A DNA stretch of 64,000 bases from an uncultured bacterium (GTDB taxonomy: Bacteria > DAOPZR01), in assembly GCA_964637655.1 (NCBI GenBank), contig CAZWUZ010000001.1, forward strand, positions 599 through 64,598. The letters run 5' to 3'. The position numbers and the translations under genes were made by a program. The notes beneath the pieces are model-generated. The model ran no database searches. It was not told the origin of the DNA and was given only the letters and a program-made list of their open reading frames with translations. Below are positions 28,717-38,084 of this stretch, piece by piece (position 1 is the stretch's first letter; the number at the start of each line of letters is the position of its first letter).

Positions 28717-31463
28717 TGCATTCCAGACGTACTGGTCAACGCCCCGGACAACGCGCCAATTTCTTCGTCCGTCGCGCCGCCCCAGAACTCCGGGAAGCGC
28801 GCGCGCGCTGTCTGCCAGGCATTGCGGGCAGCGACGTGGTCGCCGCGGCGGGCGTGCAGCAGCCCGATGGCAACCTGCGCCGTGTGGTTGCCCGGATCGA
28901 GACGCAGCACCTCGTCGAATTTCGCCATCGCCTCATCCGTGCGCCCGAGCGCTGCCAATGCCCATGCATAGTGATACAGGTCGATATCGTTGTAATCATA
29001 GCGCAGCAACTGCTCGAGCACCGGCAGCGCCTCGGCCGGACGCCGCACCTGGTAGAGCAGCGTGCGGGCAAGCCCGCGCAATTTGCCGCGATTGCCCGGA
29101 TCGTAGCGGAGCGACAGGCGGTTCCGCTCCAGCGCGCGCTCATAATCACCGAGACGGTCGTACCGGTCGACTTCCTCGCCGTAGCCCTCCACCTGTAGCA
29201 GCGCGTCCGACGCCCCGCGCAGCCCCCGGAACAACGTCACCTGCCGCAGCGCCTCCTGCAGTTCCGCCTCGCGCCTGAGATCGCGCAGCGACACGGACAG
29301 CTGCTGCCAGACGAAACTGTTCTCCGGCACTATCTGCAGCGCCTGGCGGTATGCTTCCACCGCTTCGGTATACCGGCTGCGGGCGGCATAACTCTGCCCC
29401 TGCTTGAGGTACGCCTGCCAGCAGCGCGGATCGAGTTCGAGTGCCCGCGCGTACTCGCGCATGGCGCGCCCGTGGTTGCGCTTGTCCGTACGGTAGAAAT
29501 CGCCCAGCATCAGGTGGGGGTAGGGCGAGGTCGTCGTCTCCGCGAGGCACTCCTCCGCCAGCGCCTTCCCCTCCTCGTTGCGGTACTCGGTATAGAGCCG
29601 GCAGAGCCGCAGTTTCGCCGCCAGCGACCGGTGGCTGTCGATGGCCGCCTGCAGGTATTCCTTGCCGGTGAAGTCGTCCTCGCGCGCGAAGCAGGCCTCC
29701 GCCCGCGCCAGCAGTTCCGCCTCCGGCAGCGACGCCAGCGATTGTGCCCGCTCCCGCTCGATGCGCTGCACGGTCGCCTCGCCGAGCACGGGTACCAGCA
29801 GTGCCGCCAGGTCATTGACGCTGTCACTGATGGGCGAATAGTAGCGGCTCCCCGCCGCGGCCACCCGTCCGTCAGCCGCTACCGCGAGAAATACCGGGTC
29901 CATGTCGCATGGCGCGTAGAACCGCCCGGCGGCAAAGTGCGGCGCCTGCCAGCCCGTGAAATCGGAAAGCAGCGGGTAGGGGAGCGGATGCTTCGCGAGG
30001 AACGCGTCGGTAATGCGCCGTTCCACCTCCGGGGCGAGCACCACGATGCGCAGGCCGGTCGCCGCGTAGCGCTCCTGCAGCGCCGCAAAGGCGGCAAGAT
30101 AGAGTCGGTCCCACGGTATCCAGGTGGCCAGCACGGCCACCAGCGCCGGGCGGCCGCGCAGGTCGGCAGACGTATGAAGTATGCCGGTGCGCACCTCGGG
30201 CGCACTGAACGGCACCATCGGCCTGCCAACCAGGGCCTGCCCCTTCCAGCCCGACGGCTGGTGCAGGTTGTACCCGTCCTGCCCGCGGTGCAGGCGCGCG
30301 TCAGGCGGAAGCGGCAGCGCCAGTGCCTCCGCGGTCAGCGGCAGGTCGGTGCGTTCCCCGCTGATATGTTCGCAGGCGAGATGGCTGCGGGTATAGCCCG
30401 GCTCGTCAAGCCGGCGGACGGTGAACGAACGGAGGCGCGGCTGCTCCGCGTCGAGCACCACCTCGTACTCGCCGTCGCCGCAGCCGAAGTAGGCGCCGGT
30501 GAACGTGTAGGTGACGCTGTCATGACGGCGCACGATCTTCCGCACATCGCGGTCAAAGACCCGGCACTGGTCCTCGCTGATCTTCCCGGTGAGCAGGCCG
30601 AGGAGCAAACTCGGGCCGTAGGTGCTCCCCTCGATATCGCGCGGTGGCAGAACCGCGTACTCGCGCAGCACCGGCTGCCAGACCACGGTCTGCGTGTCGG
30701 TGTACCTGACGCTGACCGCATCGGCATAGAGCAGCGGCACAAGACGCGTGATGCCGTCGGCATGCAGCACCCGGTAGTACTGCCGGCATTCACGCCCGAA
30801 GATCCGCGACTGCCCGTGGAGTATTCCGTAGTACGGGCTGCGCTGCCGGTAGGCACCACAAACCGCAGCAAGCCGGTCGAGCAGTTTCTGCCGTTCTGCG
30901 TCTTCCGTCACGCTGATACCCTGCTGCAGCGCGCGCCATTCCTGCGTCGATCGCGCCGCCAGCGCCACGGCCAGCAACCCGGCACACATGAGCACGGTGA
31001 GCACGCGCGCCATACGCGGCGGCAGTTGCCAGTGCTGCTCTTCTTCAGGCGGTGCGCTCTCTTCCGGTGCCTCGTCATAGCGGCGCGCCAGCTCCTCCGG
31101 CGTGCCCAACGCGGCCAGCACCGCCTGCACCGCGGCAGCCGTGCGGGCGGCTGGTGCCGCCACCGCGCTTTCCGCCGCCAGCGCCGCGCGCTGCGCGCGC
31201 ACCGCCGCCAGGTCAGTCACCTTGGCCGCCGCATCGGCCTGCGCCGCCGACTGCGCCGCCCGCGCCGCCGAGGTTGCGGCATGCGCCGCCGCCGAGGCCG
31301 CCAGCACCTCGCCCGTCGGCACCCCGTCTTCCGCGAGCCGCGTCAGGATATGGTCCTCGAGTTCGAGAACGAGGTCGTTCTTCTCGTTCTCCGACATCCC
31401 GCGCAGTTGCGCGCGGAACGCCGCGAGGTACCCGGTGATTATTTCGCTATGCCTGTCTGGCAT
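28713..31463 (-). CDS. second PadR-associated membrane sensor (DUF1700/HAAS-like, TM, degenerate redoxin-like, TPR); paralog of 22164..24872
   Basis: 916 aa. Same architecture and about 80 % N-terminal identity to the first copy. The redoxin-like segment LVAVLATWIPWDRLYL also lacks cysteines. Confidence 0.65.
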   Translation of the reverse strand: MPDRHSEIITGYLAAFRAQLRGMSENEKNDLVLELEDHILTRLAEDGVPTGEVLAASAAAHAATSAARAAQSAAQADAAAKVTDLAAVRAQRAALAAESAVAAPAARTAAAVQAVLAALGTPEELARRYDEAPEESAPPEEEQHWQLPPRMARVLTVLMCAGLLAVALAARSTQEWRALQQGISVTEDAERQKLLDRLAAVCGAYRQRSPYYGILHGQSRIFGRECRQYYRVLHADGITRLVPLLYADAVSVRYTDTQTVVWQPVLREYAVLPPRDIEGSTYGPSLLLGLLTGKISEDQCRVFDRDVRKIVRRHDSVTYTFTGAYFGCGDGEYEVVLDAEQPRLRSFTVRRLDEPGYTRSHLACEHISGERTDLPLTAEALALPLPPDARLHRGQDGYNLHQPSGWKGQALVGRPMVPFSAPEVRTGILHTSADLRGRPALVAVLATWIPWDRLYLAAFAALQERYAATGLRIVVLAPEVERRITDAFLAKHPLPYPLLSDFTGWQAPHFAAGRFYAPCDMDPVFLAVAADGRVAAAGSRYYSPISDSVNDLAALLVPVLGEATVQRIERERAQSLASLPEAELLARAEACFAREDDFTGKEYLQAAIDSHRSLAAKLRLCRLYTEYRNEEGKALAEECLAETTTSPYPHLMLGDFYRTDKRNHGRAMREYARALELDPRCWQAYLKQGQSYAARSRYTEAVEAYRQALQIVPENSFVWQQLSVSLRDLRREAELQEALRQVTLFRGLRGASDALLQVEGYGEEVDRYDRLGDYERALERNRLSLRYDPGNRGKLRGLARTLLYQVRRPAEALPVLEQLLRYDYNDIDLYHYAWALAALGRTDEAMAKFDEVLRLDPGNHTAQVAIGLLHARRGDHVAARNAWQTARARFPEFWGGATDEEIGALSGALTSTSGMQ

Positions 31464-31818
31464 TCGCCCGGGCGCCCTTCGCCCCGCGTTCGCTGATCAC
31501 CGCATCGATCGTCGACACATAATCACGCCAGTGTTTGTGCATCCCCGCCACCAGTTCCCGCCCCTGCTTCGTCAGCGAGTAGTACTTGCGCGGATGCCCC
31601 GTGCCGGCGTTATGATCCCACTTGGCAATCACCGCGCCGTCCGTGCGCAGCCGGTTGAGCAGCGGGTAGAGCGTCCCTTCCGCCAGTTCGATGCCGTACG
31701 CTTCCTTGAGCAGGTTGATCAGCTCGAGGCCGTACTTCTCCCCGTCCCGCAGCACGGAGAGCACCAGCATGTCCAGCGTCCCCTTCCGTATCTGCGCCAT
31801 CCAGTCATTCAGTTCCAT
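31447..31818 (-). CDS. padR: PadR family transcriptional regulator (second copy; start at MELNDW)
   Basis: Protein almost identical to 24856..25227. RBS GAAGGAGG precedes the ATG at 31818. The listed ORF extends 5' to 31920 but the promoter lies inside that extension. Confidence 0.9.
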   Translation of the reverse strand: MELNDWMAQIRKGTLDMLVLSVLRDGEKYGLELINLLKEAYGIELAEGTLYPLLNRLRTDGAVIAKWDHNAGTGHPRKYYSLTKQGRELVAGMHKHWRDYVSTIDAVISERGAKGARANARQA

Positions 31819-31891
31819 TGTTGCCTCCTTCTCGTTTGGTTGTTTTACGGGCAGCGCAACCGCCGTTACGTTCGACAGAGAGTATGCAGCG

Positions 31892-31920
31892 ATATTACCT
31901 TGTGTCGCTATGTATGTCAA
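31892..31920 (-). promoter_or_regulatory. sigma70-like promoter TTGACA-N17-TAATAT with conserved core TTGACATACATAG
   Basis: About 75 nt upstream of the PadR2 ATG; flanked by the 8-bp inverted repeat GCGATATT/AATATCGC. Confidence 0.5.
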
Positions 31921-32039
31921 TATCGCATTGCACGACGGCCTTCAACTACTGGCATGAACAACATGTCCTTACCGTTCATCATCTTCGCCTCATCCAGCCG
32001 CCCCGAAGTTGCCATATTGCAATTGCATCGTCATGGGCA

Positions 32040-32648
32040 TCAGACTGCAACCAGCATCACTGGGACAAGGACAAACACCAGAAGCATCAGGAGCAGCAGC
32101 ACGACAGCCGCCGTCGCAGCCCAGAAGTAATGGCGCATACCTTCCGCATTCCTGAGTTTCCATGCGGTCAGGGCACCCAGGAGCAGCAGCACCACGGCAA
32201 CGGCGATGGCCACGATATTGTACCGCTCATACCTGCGTACCGGCGGGATATATTCCATTGCGCCGAGCGATGCTATGTAGCGGATGGTTTCCGCCTGATC
32301 GTTCTGCGCATCATGGACTGAGCAAATGGTATAATCGCTCCCGTTGCTGGTATAAGCATAGTCATTGCCCCAAGGATCGCGGGTGATCGTCGCGACGTAC
32401 GGCCCGCTCCACCCGGGCGCCGTATCAGTCAGCAGCTGGCCGAGCGTGCCGGGAAAAAGCGCGTCGGACACGTCAACCCGGTACAACGCCAGTGCGGAAT
32501 TGAATGCGCCAATATCGCCACTGGCAGCGCCGTTCTTTGATCTTTCAACGGAACAGGGGATCTTCGGCAGGGCAATTGCAGCAAATATCCCGATGAGAAT
32601 GACCGCAACACCCCAGCGCTCCCATCGATTCCTCCTGCACTTTGTCAT
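32040..32648 (-). CDS. GspG-like pilin-domain protein, single N-terminal helix and two C-terminal TM helices
   Basis: ALALYRVDVSDALFPGTLGQLLTDTAPGWSGPYVATITRDPWGNDYAYTSNGSDYTI matches the T2SS major pseudopilin globular-domain pattern. No G-F-T-L-I-E leader. ORF extends to 32723. Confidence 0.55.
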   Translation of the reverse strand: MTKCRRNRWERWGVAVILIGIFAAIALPKIPCSVERSKNGAASGDIGAFNSALALYRVDVSDALFPGTLGQLLTDTAPGWSGPYVATITRDPWGNDYAYTSNGSDYTICSVHDAQNDQAETIRYIASLGAMEYIPPVRRYERYNIVAIAVAVVLLLLGALTAWKLRNAEGMRHYFWAATAAVVLLLLMLLVFVLVPVMLVAV

Positions 32649-32664
32649 GCCGGAGTTACCCGCG

Positions 32665-33306
32665 TCAGCGCTCACCGGGATCACCGTTCGCAGCATCATG
32701 GTGGCTTCTTTGACGGCGCACATCCAATTCCGACAGCATCATCTGGCACGCGCTGCCGATATCGCGAGGGATTTCCAGAAACGACGAACCGGGATTGTGC
32801 GCCGGCACCGGCGGCGATCCCGCTCCCGCCTGTTCAAGGAACGGACGCACAATTTCTCCCATGGCAAGTATGCAACTGTATGCCCGGCCCTGGGTCTCCT
32901 GAACAACCAACCGGCTCAGCAACAGGGGCACGACCCGGGTATCCGGCTCGCACATGCTAAAGGTAAATACCTGTCCGCCATTGGCCAGGCGTGTCTTATA
33001 ATCCCTGTCGATTTCCACTCGCCAACCGTCAGGCAATTGCCCTGTATTGAGTTCGAGATCCGTAGTGGCGTCGAGGATAAAACGCGCCGACTTGGCAGTA
33101 TAGTCAGTGTCCGATAGTGAACAGCTGTACAGATACAGTTGCCCGATATCTGTGTCCGGCGGGATACAGTCGCGGACGACCGTAATCTGTGGCGGTGGCT
33201 CCGGCGTTGGGCCGCATGGGGACTCAAGGTACGAGAGAGTTGCGGCAAACACCACTGTCAGCAGCAGCAGCATGGACAGCACGGCAAGCCGTATTCGCGT
33301 ATCCAT
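32665..33306 (-). CDS. secreted protein (213 aa)
   Basis: Signal peptide LAVLSMLLLLTVVFAA; several Cys. Confidence 0.45.
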   Translation of the reverse strand: MDTRIRLAVLSMLLLLTVVFAATLSYLESPCGPTPEPPPQITVVRDCIPPDTDIGQLYLYSCSLSDTDYTAKSARFILDATTDLELNTGQLPDGWRVEIDRDYKTRLANGGQVFTFSMCEPDTRVVPLLLSRLVVQETQGRAYSCILAMGEIVRPFLEQAGAGSPPVPAHNPGSSFLEIPRDIGSACQMMLSELDVRRQRSHHDAANGDPGER

Positions 33307-33456
33307 TCAGGCTATTACCTCATCCACTGCTGTCATTGCATTTACATATACATAGCATAGCATCTCTTCTATCAATACGCAAGTGCCGAACCGGCGTGGT
33401 ATGCATCAGACACGCCCTTCATCCCGGCAGGAGGAGCAAGGCACGCCCCGCCCGGG

Positions 33457-34314
33457 TTACGCCTTGCGCGTCTGCTTGATACGGCCGGAATCCGACTTGA
33501 ACGGTCCCTCACCGGGACGGTACAGGCAGATCTCCGGGATCAGCGCCTGCAAATGTTCGTGCCACGCTTCACGGAAGTCGGCGTTGATCTCAACCAGATG
33601 TTTGAGAATGGCATCGGCGAAATGCTGGCGTATCGCTTCGTCTGGCTTCTCACTGATCGCAAAGTGGAAACACGGCCGCACCGTCCCGTCCGGTGATTCC
33701 GCCAGGGACTGGCAGAATGAGACGGTCAGCCGCGCCGTCTCCGGGTCGGCGTAGACGCAGTGTTCCAGATCCTCAGGATAGATATTGGCGCCCATGACAC
33801 TGATCGTAAAATCCCTCCGCCCGTAGATCCATAGGAACGGCAGGCGCAGCACCGGGTGGCCCGCCGCCAATGCGGATAGGGCATGCCCGGCCGCAGCCAG
33901 CCGGGCCTCGATTTCATCGTAGCGGGCAATCCCCCCTTCATCGTGCACGTTGTAACGGATCCGGGGGGACAACAACGAGGCACGCGTAATCGTAAACACG
34001 ACTTCCCGATTGTCGTTGGCCTCGATATGATGCATCCGGGGGTTGTACTGAAAGAGCATTGGGAGGCGCGAATCGTCGCCGAACAGGCTGGTGCGCACAA
34101 CTTCGTTATCGCGAGCCAGACGCCGGAGTGCGACCGCAAGCGGCGTCTCGCCCGCAATGCCGATTTCCAGGTCGGATGCCCCGTCCCCGCGGTAGACACT
34201 GCGGTAGCCGCCGAGAAGGTAGTCGCGCAGCCCTTCCGACATTCCCTCCCCGCCAGCCAACGCATCCAGCCGGTATTCGTGCCAAGGGAACCCCTGCTCT
34301 CGCGCCGCGTCCAT
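33457..34314 (-). CDS. adenylate-forming enzyme C-terminal region (GH3/PaaK-like); N-terminal core apparently missing
   Basis: RYNVHDEGGIARYDEI...LPFLWIYGRRDFTISVMGANIYPEDLEHCVY resembles GH3/phenylacetate-CoA-ligase C-terminal motifs. No P-loop region found. An 88-aa ORF lies in another frame upstream (34347..34613). Confidence 0.35.
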   Translation of the reverse strand: MDAAREQGFPWHEYRLDALAGGEGMSEGLRDYLLGGYRSVYRGDGASDLEIGIAGETPLAVALRRLARDNEVVRTSLFGDDSRLPMLFQYNPRMHHIEANDNREVVFTITRASLLSPRIRYNVHDEGGIARYDEIEARLAAAGHALSALAAGHPVLRLPFLWIYGRRDFTISVMGANIYPEDLEHCVYADPETARLTVSFCQSLAESPDGTVRPCFHFAISEKPDEAIRQHFADAILKHLVEINADFREAWHEHLQALIPEICLYRPGEGPFKSDSGRIKQTRKA

Positions 34315-34710
34315 TATGTGCTTGAGGAAAGGGGGATACCTGACTATCAGATAGCGATACCGTGGGCCGAAAAAGACAAGCGTGTTGAGAATTTTGGGGA
34401 GGTCCGGGCCGGTATTCTTGACAATGCTGTTCTTCTGCAGGGGCGGCGGGCGCGGGTCCTGCTTGCCCAGTCAAGATAGCGCGGCGGCAGCCGCTGGAAC
34501 CCCCAGAGAAACGTGCGATAGGTTTTGCAGACCAGATAGAGCAGCAGGTCACGGGGACCAAGCAGGATGAATTGCAGACGGTCTTTCATACCGGGTATGA
34601 TCCCCATATTCACTTACTCCGTTCAACAATAAGCGCCCCGGGATTCTGTTGTTTGCGCCCGTAGCGGCGCGAGGATGCGATTGAATTCCCTGTGCACTCC
34701 GGCATGCCCC

Positions 34711-35793
34711 TCATGCCTTGCGCCCCCCGACAAACTCGCTGTCATGCGCATGCAGCATGGCAGTATCGTAGGTGATTTCGCCCTTTTCGTATAATTCCTT
34801 CAGCGCATGATCGAGCGTCCACATGCCATGCCGACGCCCGGAAATAATGTCATTGACGATATTGTGGGTGGCCCCTTCGCGGATCTGCTTGCGGATAGCA
34901 GGGGTGTTGACCAGCACCTCAGTGGCCAGCACCAACCCGCTGCCATCCGCACGCGGCAGCAGCGTCTGGCAGATGATCAGGCTGAGCACCGACGCCAGCT
35001 GCGCCTGCACGGCGGGCTGCTGATGCGCGGGGTAGCTCGCGACGATACGTTCGAGCGCTGCCACGGTGTCATTGGTATGCAGCGTGCCAATGACGAGATG
35101 TCCGGTTTCCGCGGCGATGAGCGCGGTGCTGATGGTCTCCAGGTCGCGCATCTCACCGATCCCGATGATATCGGGGTCCTGGCGGAGGATATGCCGCAGG
35201 GCCGCGGAAAACGACGGGGTGTCCGACCCCACTTCCTGATGGATCACCAGCGAACGGATATGCGCATGCACATACTCGATGGGGTCCTCGACGAGAATGA
35301 TTTTACAGCGCTGCTCCTGGTTGATGCGATGCACGCAGGCGTTCAGCGTTGTAGTCTTTCCCGCACCCGTCTGCCCGGCGATGAGAATGAGCCCGTCGGG
35401 TTTCATGATGGCTTCTTCCAGCACCGCGGGCAGGCCCAGTTCGGCAAAACTGCGCATCAGCGGCGGGATGATACGGATGGCGGCACCGCGGATGCCACGT
35501 TCAAGGTAGGCGGTGACGCGGAAGCGGCCAAGTTCGGGCAGGTCGACGGTGATGCCCAGCGCGCCCTCACTGGCCAGGCGCTGCGCGCGCTGCTCACCCA
35601 CCAGCTCACCCACCAGGGCATTGCAGTCCTCCTCCGGTAATGCGTCGCAGTCAGTGAGAATCAGTTCGCCATTGATGCGCAGGACGGGTGCCAGTCCGCA
35701 GACCAGATGGATGTCAGACGCCTTCGCCGCCACCGCGCGCGCAAGAATATCGTGTACCGAGCTCATACAACCCTCCGGCGCGACCATGGCCAA
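34711..35793 (-). CDS. pilT: type IV pilus retraction ATPase PilT (start may be the Met at 35763)
   Basis: Walker A GQTGAGKTTT, Asp box DPDIIGIGEMRD, His box LVIGTLHTNDT, PilT-type AIRKQIREG. Confidence 0.85.
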   Translation of the reverse strand: MAMVAPEGCMSSVHDILARAVAAKASDIHLVCGLAPVLRINGELILTDCDALPEEDCNALVGELVGEQRAQRLASEGALGITVDLPELGRFRVTAYLERGIRGAAIRIIPPLMRSFAELGLPAVLEEAIMKPDGLILIAGQTGAGKTTTLNACVHRINQEQRCKIILVEDPIEYVHAHIRSLVIHQEVGSDTPSFSAALRHILRQDPDIIGIGEMRDLETISTALIAAETGHLVIGTLHTNDTVAALERIVASYPAHQQPAVQAQLASVLSLIICQTLLPRADGSGLVLATEVLVNTPAIRKQIREGATHNIVNDIISGRRHGMWTLDHALKELYEKGEITYDTAMLHAHDSEFVGGRKA

Positions 35794-36692
35794 ACGATAC
35801 GCGCAACCCGGCCGTCAACCGCGGTGATGGGTACGCTCAGTATCGTGCGCGTGGTGCGCAAGTTATTTTCCTGCCCGCCGCTGCCTACCCAGGCCAACAC
35901 CAGCATGCGGTCGCCGGGCACCGGCAGCCGCCCGGTAATTTCCCGCACCTGCGCGTCCGTAACCAGGAGCGGCGCCGCCGCCGGCAGCCGGTAGGGCGCC
36001 AGAGCCGCAACCACAGCAGCAGCATCGGCCGACCCGGGAGACGCCACTACCCTCCCGAAAGTCTGCCCGTAAAACACCAGATGTCCGCGCTCCAGTTCCA
36101 ATGATCTGCCCGGACTGAACATAACCAGCGCCCCGATCGGGCAATCGCCACCCGCGAGCATAACCCGGTCGTCAATTTTGATCAGCGGGGCGGGCAGCAG
36201 GTTGCGCATGGCATAGCGCACCTCATACACCGGCGCGCTGATATAGTTCCACCCGACCGCATACAGTGTCAGCAACATGGCGGCAACCACTGCATGTGTC
36301 AGGCGCGCGCTGCCGGGTGGAAACAGCACCCGGCGTGCTGCAACAAGATGCACCAGTATCGCGCCCGTCATGAACACAAATTCCAGAGGCGTCCCGCACA
36401 GCCACCAGCCGCATAATGCCAACAGCAACCAGACGGCAAAGAGGCGCACGGCGCGACCACGCTGTCCCGCCCGCCATGGCACGCTCCCCGGCAGCACAAT
36501 GGCCATAAGCAGGTCCCAATCGGGCGACCAATACGGCACCGCGGGCACCTGACTGCGGCAACGCTGCCACCAGCGGCGCAACCACGGAACTCCACCCTTC
36601 CGGCGCGGCGGCAGAAATTCGTCCGGACGCGGTGCGTTGCTCATGCCGAGAGCAGGACTATGCCTATTGCCGGCGCGTGGTGACGCCGGCAT
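35763..36692 (-). CDS. membrane protein (309 aa)
   Basis: Three or four TM helices then a soluble domain. Immediately upstream of pilT. Confidence 0.4.
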   Translation of the reverse strand: MPASPRAGNRHSPALGMSNAPRPDEFLPPRRKGGVPWLRRWWQRCRSQVPAVPYWSPDWDLLMAIVLPGSVPWRAGQRGRAVRLFAVWLLLALCGWWLCGTPLEFVFMTGAILVHLVAARRVLFPPGSARLTHAVVAAMLLTLYAVGWNYISAPVYEVRYAMRNLLPAPLIKIDDRVMLAGGDCPIGALVMFSPGRSLELERGHLVFYGQTFGRVVASPGSADAAAVVAALAPYRLPAAAPLLVTDAQVREITGRLPVPGDRMLVLAWVGSGGQENNLRTTRTILSVPITAVDGRVARIVWPWSRRRVV

Positions 36693-36867
36693 CGGTGGAT
36701 ACCGGCTGATAGTATTCCGGCTTTTTGTCCTCGCTGGTCACGACACCCAGCACCGCCTGCAGCGGTTCAACCAGCTTGCGGCAGGCGCTGCCCTTTGCCC
36801 CGACAACGTCGACCACAACCGAACCGTCGGGCTTGATAGTCACCATCAGCTCCTCGCGTTGCGCCAT
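36664..36867 (-). CDS. DUF2997-like small protein (67 aa)
   Basis: EELMVTIKPDGSVVVDVVGAKGSACRKLVEPLQAVLGVVTSED fits the DUF2997 pattern. Confidence 0.55.
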   Translation of the reverse strand: MAQREELMVTIKPDGSVVVDVVGAKGSACRKLVEPLQAVLGVVTSEDKKPEYYQPVSTDAGVTTRRQ

Positions 36868-37634
36868 CCCAGCACCTCCCTAAGCCAGTCGAATAGCGAC
36901 CGTGCAGGCGCGTCCAGGCTCTGCAGGGCGTCGTGCGCCCGGTCGTTCTGCGGATCGAGACGGAGCGCACGCCGGAACGCCGCCGCCGCGCCGCGCCGGT
37001 CGCCGGTCGCTGCACGCGCCTCGCCCTCGCATACCAGAAGGTACGGGCTGTCGGCGGCCAGCGTCGCGGCGCGCGCAAAATGCAGCAGCGCCTTCTCCGG
37101 GTTGCCCGCTGTCCGGTAGAGCAGGCCAAGATCGCACAACGCCTCATGCGGCGGGAGGCCGGCCTCGAGATACTTGACCAGCGCATAGTCGGCGTTGGAC
37201 GATTTGCCGAGCAGCAGCGCGTAGCCGCGTGCCAGCCAGGCGAGCGGCGGCGGCTCCGTACCTGCCAGCGCGCCGTCGGCAAACTCGCGCGCCTCGGGTA
37301 CGCGCCCGGCACGAGCCAGCGCCAGCGAACGGGCAGCCAGCAGGACCGGGTTCTCTGGCACCGCCAACAGGGCCTTGTCCGACCACAGCAGCGCCTCTTC
37401 CGCCTCGTTTTCCAGGAAGAGGATCCACAATTGCCCGGCCCAAGCCTCGACCCTGGACCGGTCCTGGGCCAGCGCCCGCGCATACAATTTCAGCGCTCCG
37501 GTGAAATCGCCCCGATACAATTGCCCGCGCGCCTGGCGCAGGTAATGATCAGCGTCAAACAGCACAGTTTCGACAGGCGAAGAGACAGTCGGTTCCTTGC
37601 CTGCATCAAGTTCCAGCCAGTTGAAGCGGCCCAC
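36846..37634 (-). CDS. TPR-repeat protein (262 aa)
   Basis: Repeated TPR-like helix pairs. Abuts the DUF1257 gene. Confidence 0.55.
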   Translation of the reverse strand: MGRFNWLELDAGKEPTVSSPVETVLFDADHYLRQARGQLYRGDFTGALKLYARALAQDRSRVEAWAGQLWILFLENEAEEALLWSDKALLAVPENPVLLAARSLALARAGRVPEAREFADGALAGTEPPPLAWLARGYALLLGKSSNADYALVKYLEAGLPPHEALCDLGLLYRTAGNPEKALLHFARAATLAADSPYLLVCEGEARAATGDRRGAAAAFRRALRLDPQNDRAHDALQSLDAPARSLFDWLREVLGWRNARS

Positions 37635-38084
37635 TTACGACCAGCGCCGCAAGGTCAGGCGGATAGTGCCGTCCGCCGCCTTTTCCTCATTGACCGTGCC
37701 GTAGCCCTTGTTGCCCATTTCCGCGGTAATGCGCTGGTAGGCATACTGCTGCACGATGCGGCCAACCATCTCGCGGCCCAGCGCCTCGAGTTCGCGCGCC
37801 GACTTGCCCTTACCATCGATGCGCAATGACAGGTTGCCGCGCCCGTCGCGCCGCAGCGCCACAGTCATATCGCCATTGACGAAGGTTTTACTCTCGCCGC
37901 GGCCGACCGCAGCCGCCAGCTCGGCATTCTTCTCAAGCGCCACTTCAACGCATGTCGTTTCAGCCAGTGGCGCACTTTCCGTCTCGCGATAGCCGTATTC
38001 ACTGAGTGCAGCCGCCGCCGCCGCGGCAACCAGCGGCCAGGCCGCACTGATGAGAATCGGGGTGATGGCAATGATGACGCTCAT
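37635..38084 (-). CDS. DUF1257 (Ycf35-like) protein (ORF to 38162)
   Basis: [38 protein letters not shown] overlap with the AAA+ gene stop. Confidence 0.5.
   Translation of the reverse strand: MSVIIAITPILISAAWPLVAAAAAAALSEYGYRETESAPLAETTCVEVALEKNAELAAAVGRGESKTFVNGDMTVALRRDGRGNLSLRIDGKGKSARELEALGREMVGRIVQQYAYQRITAEMGNKGYGTVNEEKAADGTIRLTLRRWS

Noticed and set aside
24856-31920. CRISPR array or insertion sequence as an explanation for the repeated sequences
   Set aside because: The repeats are whole-gene duplications (padR) or gene-end duplications. There are no short regularly spaced repeat-spacer units and no transposase or integrase ORF.
31819-31920. Longer PadR2 ORF starting at 31920 (157 aa)
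   Set aside because: The extension contains the promoter, and the RBS sits directly before the MELNDW ATG at 31818.
33335-33352. TACATAG-like sequence (acatatacatagcatagc) in the opposite orientation
   Set aside because: It lacks a properly spaced -10, and no supported plus-strand gene lies downstream. It is probably a chance partial match.
25895-34710. tRNA or small RNA genes in the larger intergenic gaps (25895-26149, 27549-27728, 33307-33456, 34315-34710)
   Set aside because: No cloverleaf-compatible sequence or conserved tRNA boxes were visible on inspection.
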